A stretch of 64,000 nt of DNA from positions 201,004,001 to 201,068,000 of the forward strand of contig OX597815.1 of NCBI GenBank assembly GCA_951406725.2, in the 5' to 3' direction. Positions within the stretch are counted from its first letter, which is position 1. Every line of letters starts with the position of its first letter. The translations under genes were made by a program, and so were the position numbers. This DNA comes from Octopus vulgaris (lineage: Eukaryota). A model generated the notes under the pieces. That model worked only from the letters and a program-made list of their open reading frames with translations, did no database searches and was not told the origin of the DNA. Of the stretch, positions 1 through 12,459 are shown one piece after another.

Positions 1-363
<363 letters not shown>

Positions 364-1174
364 AACTACTGTGCCCAGAATAAACGATACGAGCAAGATG
401 ATCATGCTCCTGATAATTTTTGTAGATTTTGCTAAAACTGAAATGAACTCTGCTGCAGCAGTGACATCCTTAATCAACTAATTCCTTCTGGGACCAGTAC
501 GAGTATGCTTGTGATTTTGTAAGGTTATTATACATTTGCAGTTAATTAGCCTAGCTTTACAGATAAGATTACATCTTATATACACTCAAGTTCCTCACAA
601 TGATTTGATAGCCAGTACCAGAAATCAACACATTTATCACATTATGGATGAATTAATTGCTAAGCGTTTTGACGTAAGGTAACATTATACACCATAAGAA
701 GCAATTTGGGATATAAATTTACTCTAACAAGATACGTCGTTATCTACTACATTAAATGTGGTTCTAATACAGATAAAATATCAAGATTTAAAAGTTGACA
801 GATTAAATAGACTGCGGTAGCTAGCATGCGATACTAGGGCTGTTTATTTAATTGGTGACGCACTTGTATCTTATGGCATACATGCGAGGTTCCATAACTG
901 TCAAGTTTTCCTAGTCTCTAGTTTCAACTTTATATTATAACTACAATCATTATTACAATAGTGTAAGAGATTTGTGGCGAAATCTGTGTGATTAAAACTA
1001 ATATCAATGTATGTCGTATCTGTGCAGTATCTTCTATTAATAATTAGTTTCTCCCAAACATTATACAAAATAATATATATATATTTAACTTACTGCTAAG
1101 CATTTAGGAATTATTTATGAAATATGCTCTTCGAAATATATCTTATAAACACACGCTTAGATAGGATAAAAAGA

Positions 1175-1421
1175 TAAGGACCCTTTTTGTGTTATAAATA
1201 CTCACAGGGCCGCTTTCCCGGTTTCCGGGGAGCATGTATTCCCCAACCTGAACTTGATGGACTCCGTCGCCGATTATTTATTTTTGCTTGCTGACTGGAC
1301 TAGAGTAACGTAAAATGAAGGGTCTAGTTCTAGAGTGGAATGCGTCACACAGTCTTGGAATCGAAAACAAAACCTGACGATGAGGTGTTCAAAAACACTG
1401 ACCACAAAGCCACACGCCTCC
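1175..1421 (-). mobile_element. Degraded tRNA-derived SINE family C
   Basis: Minus strand begins ggaggcgtgtggctttgtggtcag (A-box-like) and later ttcgattcc (B-box-like). A similar head fragment lies at about 33020-33105 (+). Confidence 0.5.
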
Positions 1422-1559
1422 AGACAAATGCTAGAGGTCTTTAATATATGTTTGACATTCGATGTACATATATATATATATAGATATATATATAAAAATA
1501 TATATATATATATTGGGTCGTCATTTAAAAAAGGGTGTGGAATGTGTGGATAGGGGTAT

Positions 1560-2200
1560 CAAGGAAGAGAGGAGGAAGATAGAAGTCAAGAGATGAAGTG
1601 GGTGTCACATGAAGGGAGTTGAATCCGTGCGAACAGAGAAAATTAATTCAGGTTCACGGCGAAGGCGGGAGTCCGGATGGCCCCTGTGCAAAGACAGTCC
1701 GAACATATAGATGTTGTAGTGAATGACCGGTAGAGCGGAAATGGCCCAAGACCTGGGTGTCTTTGCCGAGTCTGATATCTCGGGGGTGTTCAGGGAATGG
1801 TAGAAAGAGCAGGAGATGCAGCAAATGACGTTACTAGGTGATGAGATAGGGACGATGAAGGGTGCCAGTGAGGATGGTGGACAGTTCAAGATGTAGGAAT
1901 AAGTGGTCGGGGGCAGGGGAACGACCCAGGCTGGGAGGTGGGGCTAGGGAAGAAACAGTGAACCAGTAGCTCACGCAAGTTATGGACTCATTTGAAGGAG
2001 GGAAGGGGTAGGTTGCGGAAGGTGTACGAGGCGGAGAGGTCTTACTGGAGTCCCCGGAAGGCTCGGAGAATAGTGCGTTGGAGGGAAGGGTTGAGGGTTT
2101 TTAAGTGAGGGGGAAAAAGGGGAAGGGCAACAGGGGGGAGGTGCGGGAAGAAAGAGCAGAGGCATTGTCCACGGAACATGCCCTGGCAAGGTCATTGTGG
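1560..2200 (-). pseudogene. Degenerate Penelope-like element C-terminus (linker plus GIY-YIG endonuclease)
   Basis: Minus-strand translation gives SNVICCISC ... FGLSLHRGHPDSRLRREPELIFSVRT, resembling PLE GIY-YIG (NVIYCISC ... R.RRE..LIF.L.T). Frameshifts and deletions are present. Confidence 0.6.
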
Positions 2201-2562
2201 ATAGTGGTGAGGGGATATCTACGTATGATGAAATGGCGAGACATGAGTTGAGAAATACATATGCTTTTTACAGTGGCAAGAAATCGCTTATGAGGAACTC
2301 TGATTACGGGTTACTACTCAGAAAACCGGGTCCGTGTGTATCACGTCAGGCTAGAGACGGGAACGATGATTTTCCTTCGCAAATACTGACCGAGCACAGA
2401 CAGTGTGTCGTTAGCCAGCTGGATGAGATGTCTTCCTGGGGCTATAAACTACATTAGCATTGCCCCATATGGGTCAGCCACATTTAGGTGGCAAATATAC
2501 TTCACAATGTCGTGCTGCTAATGTTTAATTCTCGCTCAGAGATTTATTATTGCTTATTCATA

Positions 2563-2606
<44 letters not shown>

Positions 2607-2607
2607 G

Positions 2608-2687
<80 letters not shown>

Positions 2688-2690
<3 letters not shown>

Positions 2691-2908
2691 TCGCCATGAT
2701 AGATCGGTAGCCACTACACACGTTACTTTTCTCTCCTTGTTTCTTCTCTATTTGTTTTCTTTTTCTGCGTCCCTTTCTGTAGAAGAGCGTAGGCTCGAAA
2801 CGTAAAACTATTTTCCAAGTCCTGAGCGTGATACTAACACATCTGTTTGTTTTGTACCCCACCTGTCTTCGTCTTTTGTTTTTTTCGTAAACTCTCCTCC
2901 CTCTCTCT
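2688..2908 (+). mobile_element. Short (TA)n-embedded element, family H1, with hammerhead-like motif at 2773-2807
   Basis: ctt tCTGTAGA a GAGC gtag GCTC GAAA cgta aaa. Homologous to 21965-22172, 29060-29215, 40030-40198, 41237-41428 and (minus) 31263-31458. Confidence 0.7.
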
Positions 2909-2921
2909 ATATATATATGTA

Positions 2922-2960
<39 letters not shown>

Positions 2961-4116
2961 TCGTAGCAAACTGAAACACATCGAAGTATCTTTCAAACTG
3001 ACAAAAGGCCATTATGAAAAGCTTCTTCATATTTTCACAGTTCAAGAACAGCAACAGCTAGAAAATCAGCAGCCACAACAACAACAACAACAGAATGAGC
3101 CACTCCTGGTTCCCAGCACAATGGCTGACCCTAACATCGGTCAAGCACAACAACAACAACAACAGCCACAGCAACAAGAACAACAACAGCCACTCCTCAA
3201 CTCTAGCATACTAGACGATTCACTAAATGCCAGTATCTTTTCACCGCTCTCACGGCAACCACCACAATTATCATCATCATCATCACCACCGCTGCCACCA
3301 TCGTCTTCTATCACCAAAAATACCAACAGAAAACCAAATAAGAAACCACGGCAACCACCACAATTATCATCATCATCATCACCACCGCTGCCACCATCGT
3401 CTTCTATCACCAAATATACCAACAGAAAACCAAATAAGAAACCACTGCCCTCTTCCCCCACATCACCACCTCAATACTACTGCAGTAACGAAAACTTAAA
3501 GAAACATAGGAAGCAGAATGCGCCCCCCACGGCACAAACAAGAAATCCCCAAATATGCCGCTATTCACTGCGCCAGAGACTCTGCACAAATAGTGACTGC
3601 ATCTTCACGCATCTACCCGGCACTAGACGCACTACCGGCCAAGGCCAAAGCACGCATCCCACAATAACATCAACACCACCAAATAGTAAATCGAAATTCA
3701 AAACACACACAACTCGGAGTCCCAAAATCTGCCGGTATTCCCAACGTGAGAGAACATGTCTGCTGAGTGACTGTCCCTTCACTCATCTTCCAGGGACCCG
3801 ACGCACAAACAGAAACGGGGCTTCAAGCCAACACACAAACCTGAATAAAAATAAAAATAGAAACACACCATGCTGCAGTAATGCTGGTCCAGTCTTTTCA
3901 GGAAGACACAAAAACAACAACAACAAAAGTGGAAACTACAACCCTATCCAACAGTGCAACCACACCTCCAGCCAAAAACTGCTCCCTAAGCAGGAAAATT
4001 CTTTTTTAGCCATGTTGAACATGGCAAAAGAGATACACAAAAACATTCTAGCCATCACTCAACACCATCCTATGCTATTACCCCAGTGCACCAATTCCCC
4101 ACATTGCTGCCACTAA
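2961..4116 (+). CDS. LINE ORF1 (5'-truncated): Q/S/P-rich, two CCCH-type zinc-finger motifs
   Basis: Frame is open from the (TA)n boundary to TAA at 4114-4116; first in-element ATG at 3121. C-x8-C-x4-C-x3-H at 3556-3612 and 3730-3786. The N-terminal MYIYIY of the ORF track is microsatellite. Confidence 0.8.
3251..3445 (+). repeat. 96-bp in-frame tandem duplication within ORF1
   Basis: 3251-3346 repeats at 3347-3442 (RQPPQLSSSSSPPLPPSSSITK.TNRKPNKKP twice), with one visible mismatch. Confidence 0.95.
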
Positions 4117-7100
4117 CACACACAAAAAATCCAAGCCCCCTGCAACAGTCAAAACCAGCCACTACACTAACCTCCACATTCCTACTCAATGCACAAGGTG
4201 TCAGTCCTTCCATCAATGCACAAAAATGGAAGGTCCAATTCATTGAAGACTGGGTTGGTAACCATTCACACCACATCCCTTTCTTCATTCTCACTGAGAC
4301 CCACCTTGACAACTCCCACTTGGAAGCCGAAGTGAGAGTGAAGAATTTCACAACCATCCGCGCGGATCGTATCGACAGGAGGAAGGGTGGAACTGCCATT
4401 TTCCTGCATGATTCATTTACGGCAGATGGAAATAGTATATTCTCCAACGGCTACTGTGAATCAGTCACCGTGCACAACAAAGCCAATGACCTGACAGTAA
4501 TTGGGTTCTATAGGCCGCCCCAAACACCCATACTGTGCTTTAAAGAATGCCTCAACAGCATTAAGTGCTTTATTCAACAGTGCCATTCTAGCAACATACT
4601 CATGATGGGAGACTTCAATCTACCCTGTGTTGACTGGACTACAAACTGTTTGAAACCAAGCACTCCCGCCTCAACCGCTGACAAAGAAGCAGCAGAGTCA
4701 CTTTTCGACTTTACGAATGAGTTTTTCTTGTCCCAACTTGTCCTTGCACCAACAAGACATCAGAACATTTTGGACCTAGTGTTTAGTAACCACACTAACA
4801 CTATACATAACGTTACAGTGGAAAAAACCCTTCTTTCAGACCATGACATGGTTCTCTGTAACATGAAATTCCACCAGCCGAAAGCTAATCCAAGTGACCT
4901 TCCTCCAGCCCACCCATTTGACAACATGGATCTCCATAATGCCAACTGGGATGCAATCAGGAACGAGCTATCACATGTTGACTGGTCCTTTACACATACA
5001 CACATCTCCACCAACCATAAAACATCTTGGCAGATCTTTGTAGACACCGTCACAGACATATGTGCAAAACACTCCCCACCAAGACCTGTGAACAAAAAGT
5101 GCAGAATCCCCCAAAACAGAAAAACCATTATCAGAAAAATAAAAAGAACAAACAAAAAAATTAACAAACTAAAGTACTGCCAACAGCAACACACACATTC
5201 GACGGCTATCGCACTGCTTGAATCCAAAAAATATAACCTCCAACAATGCATGAAGACCCTCATCAATAACCAAAGATCAGCTGAGGAGAAGTGGGCCATT
5301 GAAAAAATCAAACTCAACCCCAAAGTGTTCTTTTCATTTGCGAGGAAACGCAGGGTCACTGTCTCCACTGTAGGCCCTCTAATTGACGAAACTGGCACTC
5401 TCCAAGATAATGCCAAATCCATGGCCGAGATACTGCAGAAACAATACTGCTCTGTTTTCAGCAATCCTGATATGGCCGATCTGGGCTGTATCAGTGATGT
5501 CAACCCCCAACACACTATATCGGACATAACGTTTAGTGCCCCTGATGTCTTAGCGGCGATAAACGAAATAAAACACAATTCAGCAGTAGGCCCCGATAGG
5601 TTCCCTGCTTGTGTCCTGAAGGTGTGTCGACACCAACTTGCATCTCCCCTTGCTAATCTGTGGAGAAACTCACTGGATGCTGGCTATATTCCAAAAACCT
5701 TCTGTCCCAGTCTGTTGTCCCAGTTTTCAAAAAGGGAAACAAGTCCCTTGCAGTGAATTACCGTCCGATCTCACTCACCTCTCATATCATCAAGGTATTT
5801 GAGAGGGTGGTGAGATCTCGAATAACCCAATTTCTGGAAAGCAACAGACGGCTGATCTCCAACCAACATGGGTTCCGTAATGGAAGGGACTGCCTAACGC
5901 AGCTCCTGCATCACTTTGAGGACATTTTGAGAGCTTTGGGAGAGGGCTCCAACACCGATGTCATCTACCTTGATTTCAGTAAGGCCTTCGACAGGGTCGA
6001 TCACAAGATCCTATTGAAAAAACTATCCAACATTGGTGTCTCTGGAAAGTTACTGAAATGGATCAAGTGTTTCCTGACAGACAGATCTCAACATGTTGTA
6101 GTTGAAGGGGTAAAATCAAGCCCAGCCAAAGTCAGTAGTGGCGTTCCGCAAGGCACTGTGCTGGGCCCACTTCTTTTCATCATTTACATTAATGACATTA
6201 ATGACATCATCAAGCACAGCAACATAAAAATCTTTGCAGATGACTCCAAGCTACAGAAGGTCATAAATGAGGCGAGTGACCGGACATGCCTTCAGTCAGA
6301 TCTACTGGCTGTTATCCAATGGGCAGAAAAAAACAATATGCTGCTGAACGAGGATAAATTTGAGCTAATCCACTTTGGAAAAGAGGATGCCCTGAAACTC
6401 CCATACTCCCTTCCTTCAGGTGAAACTCTCGCGGCGTCCAACAACATCAGAGACCTGGGAGTAATTGTGGACAACAACATAAGCTGGGCCACTCATATAA
6501 ACACCAAAGTTGACATGGCCCGCAGAATGTGTTCCTGGATTCTCAGAACTTTCCAGTCGAGAGATATCCACACCATTATCCTTCTCTTCTCCACTTTTGC
6601 CCGACCCCACCTTGAATACTGTTGTCCACTGTGGTCTCCCCACACAATACAAGGTATCATAAAAGTTGAAGCACCTCAAAGGGCAATCACAAAAAAGATA
6701 GATGGCATGACAGGCCTCGACTATTGGGGTCGACTAGAAAAGCTAAAACTCTATTCTCTCCAACGTCGTCGTGAGCGCTACATCATCTGCATGATGTATA
6801 AAATATTCCATCAGCATTGCCCAAATGATGTTGGCATCACCTTTAAGGTACATCCAAGGCTTGGGCCCCGTGCCATCCGCCCAAAACAAAAATCGCACTC
6901 TCATCTCATAACAACAATACGGCACAATTATTTCACCTCAATTGGCCCCGCTCTCTTTAACATTACACCAAAACACATTAAAACAGAAACTGACCCTATA
7001 GGGTTCAAGAAGTCTTTGGACAGATTCCTTCAAGAAATCCCGGATAAACCCCCTACACCCGGATATGTCTCTGTAAACAATAACTCTCTACTTGAGTGGG

Positions 7101-7120
7101 CCATAGTGCCCAAATTCTGA
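3990..7120 (+). CDS. LINE ORF2: AP endonuclease plus reverse transcriptase, one frameshift at about 5693-5697
   Basis: APE motifs LTETHL, YRPP, MGDFN, LDLVF, SDH. RT motifs YRPISLTS, QHGFR, YLDFSKAFD, GVPQGTVLGP, FADD. Frame is open from 3990. Two track ORFs (4086-5756 and 5660-7120) are joined by a 1-nt deletion in an A5 run. Confidence 0.93.
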
Positions 7121-7355
7121 CTTGAAAGACTTCACCAGGTGGTGCTATTAAGTTAGACATGGCCTGGGCCAATAATGGCCGAAACCTATCAAAGTATCAA
7201 AGTATCAAAGTATATATATATGTATATATATATATAAGTAAGGAAAAATTTTTATTTGTGTTGCCTTTTGCATTTGAGGATTTTGTGTGTATTTATAAAG
7301 TTTTTCATTTTTGGGTCTGTTGACAGTAGACTGAGGTTAATCTTTAAAAAAACTC

Positions 7356-7811
7356 TTGACAAATGCCAAACTTCACACACCACATCCACCCCCAACAGTA
7401 AAAAAATGTGCACGCTCAAACTGTGGTACCTGCCCCTTTCTACTTGAAGGCTCTGAATTTACCTTCAAACAAGGTACGAAGTTTAAAATCAAGACTAACT
7501 TCTCCTTTTCCTCCGAGAACCTTATCTACGTTCTCACATGCGCTGGTTGCCAACATAATTATGTTGGACAAACGAGTCTCCCGTTACGTAAACGAGTAAC
7601 GGTGCATAAAGAACAAATAAATCTCCCGGAATACCGACAAATTCCACTGAGTGACCACTTAGACTCATGTGCTAAAGACTTAAACCCCAAATTCTATATA
7701 TTCCCCTTCTACCAATGTAAAGACGGGATCACCACACAGGAGAGAATTAACAAGGAGAATCTCTTTATTGAAAAATTCCAAACACAACTTAATATGCAAA
7801 CTCCTCGTTGA
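7356..7811 (+). CDS. Penelope-type GIY-YIG endonuclease domain (no ATG; C-terminal fragment of an RT-EN ORF)
   Basis: Cys linker CARSNCGTC, NLIYVLTC..C...YVGQT..LRKR...H, and C-terminal KENLFIEKFQTQLN. The reading frame is uninterrupted. Confidence 0.85.
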   Translation: MTNAKLHTPHPPPTVKKCARSNCGTCPFLLEGSEFTFKQGTKFKIKTNFSFSSENLIYVLTCAGCQHNYVGQTSLPLRKRVTVHKEQINLPEYRQIPLSDHLDSCAKDLNPKFYIFPFYQCKDGITTQERINKENLFIEKFQTQLNMQTPR

Positions 7812-8440
7812 TCAAACTTCCTTTCTCTACCTCACTCTTCATGGATGGACTAACACAAATATATAAAGATACCATGCATTCATCACTTCAAGCTAAAACT
7901 TATATTCTTTAAATATCATTTTTCCTTTTGTTATTATTACTATCATTTTTATTATAAATGATATGACAATTTGAAATGCAATTGTCTATGCAGATTTATA
8001 TTATTAGAAAATAATATAAATAAAGTGTTAAAATCTGAAAGTTAAGTTAACAAGCAATTATATAAAAAAGATAATGCAAATGAAGCTAAAATGATAGTTT
8101 TATAATTTGAGTTTTATTGAAGAACTCAAAAGAGTTGTCTCCCCTTACTCACATCACAGGAACTGAAGAACCAGGACCATAATTACTACTACTTCCTGTC
8201 CTGCAAACATGCTGAATTTAACAACACAACACATGCTCTTAATCCCTTTGGATCTTAACACCTCAAGGTAATTTTTTCGTAAACAACCATAAAACTCAAG
8301 ATACACAACGAACTCACAATGTATCGGAGAACTTATTTTTTAATTTTTGTACATTTTTATCATTATTCTTTTACAAAAAAACAATGCAATTTTCTTTTTT
8401 TCCCCTTTCTAATTTTTAAAAAAACTTCTTAAAACATAAA

Positions 8441-8481
8441 TATTCTTGACAAGTCATACAATGACGAAAACCGGTTGAATA
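8441..8481 (+). ncRNA. Minimal type I hammerhead ribozyme-like motif (U3-A8 core variant)
   Basis: UAUUC-UUGACAA-GUCA uacaa UGAC-GAAA(A)-CCGG-UU-GAAUA: stem I, stem II and a palindromic stem III. One extra A follows GAAA. Confidence 0.65.
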
Positions 8482-8618
8482 AATATATATTTATATATTT
8501 TATCAATTTCTCATTTTATTAAAATTTTCTTTCATTTGAGCATTCTGCATTTTTAAAAAAATTTTTCCTTACTTATCATTTCTCCACGTGCGGTCAACAC
8601 AACCCCACCATTTATTGA

Positions 8619-8723
<105 letters not shown>

Positions 8724-9430
8724 GAAATACATATAAGACTATTACAATCAATTTAATTAGGAATATTTCGCTTAGACTCTCTAGATTACCAGCTAATATT
8801 GCTATCTTCAACGATAAAGCTGAGTTTTATAACTCTGTCTAACTTAAAGCAGGTTATAAAGGAAAAATTGCCCATATTAACCCCATTTACCTTAACTCTA
8901 CCTCTATTAATCAGGACATGAAACCAAGTCATAACGATATTAACAATATTAATTGTAGTTCGAATAACAGCACAAAATAAAATAATGAAATTCTGCAGCG
9001 TAAGGGAGATAACCGTTTTATAAGACCCTTTTTTCGTTATAAAGCTACATGGAGGACTTTTAAAGATTATTACCCTAATAACAATATATATATATATCCT
9101 AGCAAAACTCTTTGGTTGATAATTCCATATCTTATGCAGATAAAATCCGACCTCCTTTGCCAGTTTGGTGATGCTTATAGAAAGGAGGATAGCAAAATAT
9201 GCAAGATACTATTCGGTTATTACTTCACACCTTATCAGGATAGGGTTTTCTAACACCGAAAACTTTCCACTAATTATCTCTTCGCGTAATAATAAATTGC
9301 TAACCTGTCAGCACCAATTTCTTCACACACATAAACAGAAACATACACAGCAACATGCACACGCACACACATCTAAAAGATCATAATAAACAATTTGATC
9401 TGAAATGGAATATACCAATTTTTTTAATAT

Positions 9431-9651
9431 CCACGAGTGGCTAAACACAGAGAGGACAAACAAGGACAAACAAATAGATTAAGTCGATTACATCGACCCC
9501 AGTGCTTCACTGGTAATTAATTTATCGACCCCGAAAGGATGAAAGGAAAAAATTGACCTCGGCGGAATTTGAACCTAGAACGTAACGGCAGACGAAATAC
9601 GGCTATGCATTTCGCCTGGCGTGCTAACGATTCTGCCAGCTCGCTGCCTTA
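9431..9651 (-). mobile_element. tRNA-derived SINE family B
   Basis: Reverse complement of ggcggcgagctggcaga..cgttagc...gttcaaattccgccgaggtc...cctttcatcctttcggggtcgataaa (compare 40473-40695). Confidence 0.9.
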
Positions 9652-11756
9652 AATGATATATACCAGATTTCAGTACGATAAAGGTAAATCTTTCTATCCG
9701 CTTTGTAAAAACGAAATATATTTCATCCGGTTCTCAGAGAATCCTCTAACAAACACGTTTAAAGAACGCGTTTATCGTTGCAAATTTTGGCAAAGCATAC
9801 CTTTATTTCCTTTAAGTGATTTCTACCACTCTATAAAATTCGGCCTTTAACTGTCTTCTTACATTTCACATCCACTACTAAACATATCTACTTCCAAACC
9901 TTTACGATTTATTCATATTCACCTATCGCTCTATATCTCTCCACTATTAGTTTTCTGCTAATTTCTTTCTTTCTCCTCCTTTTCTTTATATAAACTCTCT
10001 TTGATGTTATATCTATTAACGGTTGTTTGTTTTTTTTAAATATTGCTAGCGTTCCCTTCGTCATATACGCAATCATCACATTCTGTTAAGATGTCTTGCT
10101 GATGTATTTGGTTTCTTTATTTCTCTGAGGAGAAGATTGCGTTGTTTTACATCATTTTATTCTTTCTGGATTAATACCAATGCTTTCTTTGAAACATGTG
10201 TCGGAAGTAAAAAGATTTGAAAAATACTTGCAGTTAACTCCATTTATAAATGCGTGTGTGTGTGTGTATAAGCAAATCGAAAATAAACGCACAAACAACA
10301 AAATACAAAAGGTCGTTCACAGTGATTGCTAAGATTAAAAAAGAAATGGGTGTTTATGCATGGCTCTTCGGCAGAAAGTGGATAGAGAAAATGTCCGGAA
10401 AGAAGGAACAATATAGTCAGCGAAAAGCACGTGAGTGATAAGAAGGCTGAAGACGTCAGAAATGGAGAGAGGTAGAGAACGTGGCTTAAGAAGGCAGCAG
10501 AACGCGAAAATGACTCTGTGTGTTTGTGGTGCTGTGTGTGTTTGTGGTGTTGTGTGTGTTTGTGGTGCTGTGTGTGTTTGTGTTAATGTGATCGATGACT
10601 GTGAAGGGAGTGGTGCTGACAGGTTTAGCAGCAGTAGTTTAGATTCGGTAGTGAGAGGTTAGGTGATGATATCTATGTGTGTGCTTTGGTGTTGCTGCGT
10701 GTGTGTCTGCGTATGGTGTTTGAATATGTACGTATTATTGTGTGTCCGGATGAGTGTGTATGTGTATGTATGTATTTATGCGTGTGTGTGTGTGTATGTG
10801 TCTGTAATTATGAGCGCACATGAGTGTGTGTATTGATGCGGGTGAAGGGTGTTTGTACATGCCAGCATATGTCTGTGTGCGTTTCTGTGCTATTTCCATC
10901 TCTCACGTTCTAGTCGCAGAGACTGGTCAATCTGAGGGTAGAGAAACACATGAGTAGGAATGGTAGTTTTCGAAATTAATTGCTTAACCACTGTGCCATG
11001 ATTTTTGCTACACACACACACACACACGCACGACGGACACACATATGCATGTATATATGTTTTTGTCTTGTGGCTGTATTTGTGCGTGTATTCATACATG
11101 TACGTATATATTATCTGTGTTCAAGTAATTGTGAAAATAATTAATGCTCATTATGATTGATTTATGTTGTTCAGCATCATTTGGGATACAACTCATTCAC
11201 TTGAAACGGTTCGGTTTTTATAGTTCAAAGCCATGTTTGCATTATACTTTTTGAATATATGAGATTGCTGGAATGTATATCCGTCATCGAATGCTATTCA
11301 TAATTATCAATCGCATTCCGTGATGTTAATCTGTTACATTAAAAGTGAATCAAACCATCAATAATAATGCCGTACTATAATTCATTCTCGTTGATAGTTT
11401 TGGCAGTGTATCAGTAAATAATAGTGGCGATCTGACTAATTCATTTGGACACTGTTTATTCATCATATCAGATGGCTTCATTGAAGCGACTTCAAGAAAA
11501 TAGGTAAAATATATCCGGCTACTTGCAAGCATTGGCAAATTCTTTTACACGCCTCTCTCGTGCCAAATTCAAATTTGTGAAGTTACGCACAACCCTCAGT
11601 TTATTGGATTTTATCACTTCTAGTCCTCATATATATATTTTCATGCTAACCAGAACAATAATTAACATAGCCAACAAACGTATGAGATGTTGTCACATAA
11701 TCTCTCTCTGACTCTGTCTCTCTCTGTCTCTGTCTCTCTCTGTCTCTCTCTCTCTC

Positions 11757-11855
<99 letters not shown>

Positions 11856-11865
11856 ATTTATAAAT

Positions 11866-12155
11866 AAGGGTATCTAAGCGATACCACCATGCTTGAAATA
11901 GCAGTCAAAACCTGACTCTAAAACCATGTCATATACTCAATATAGCACAAGGTGAAAAACACAAAGAAACAAAAAAACTAGTAAAAGAATTGGATAATGC
12001 CAGACCTAAGGTTTCTGGTTTGTTTAAATATATACTTTGCCTTCCTTAGATTATTTGTTGCTCTTTGTCTTTTTCACCTTCTGCTATATTGATGTAGTTT
12101 TAGCCTCAGGGTTTGACTGCTATTTCAACCATGGTGGTATCTCTTAGATACCCTT
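11866..12155. repeat. Foldback (long inverted repeat) element, arms about 110 bp
   Basis: aagggtatctaagcgataccaccatgcttgaaatagcagtcaaa... versus ...tttgactgctatttcaaccatggtggtatctcttagataccctt. Confidence 0.85.
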
Positions 12156-12226
12156 GTTACTGATTTACATATATAGGTGCACCTTCGAATGTGTGTATTA
12201 GTGATTCGTGCTAACCAGAACAATAG

Positions 12227-12459
12227 CCTATTTCTTTACTACCCACAAGGGGATAAACACAGAGGGGACAAGCAAGGACAGACAAACGGATTAAGTGGAT
12301 TATATCGACCCCAGTGCGTAACTGGTACTTAATTTATCGACCCCGAAAGGATGAAAGGCAAAGTCGACCTCGGCGGAATTTGAACTCACGACGTAACGGC
12401 AGCCGAAATACCGCAAAGCATTTCGCCCGACGTGCTAACGATTCTGCCAGCTCGCAGCC
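12227..12459 (-). mobile_element. SINE family B
   Basis: High similarity to the other family B copies. Confidence 0.92.

Larger units (their letters stand above)
2961..7210 (+). mobile_element. Near-intact CR1-group non-LTR retrotransposon (LINE), 5'-truncated, inserted in (TA)n
   Basis: ORF1, APE-RT ORF2, short 3'UTR with stem-loop and (TATCAAAG)x3 tail. (TA)n on both sides. Confidence 0.95.

Noticed and set aside
4760-5578. 272-aa antisense ORF and other minus ORFs over the LINE
   Set aside because: Shadow frames of ORF1/ORF2 with no recognisable motifs.
10517-10582. 21-bp tandem repeat or CRISPR-like array
   Set aside because: A (TG)-derived minisatellite without spacers in a eukaryotic context. 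No CRISPR array or cas gene was seen in the window.
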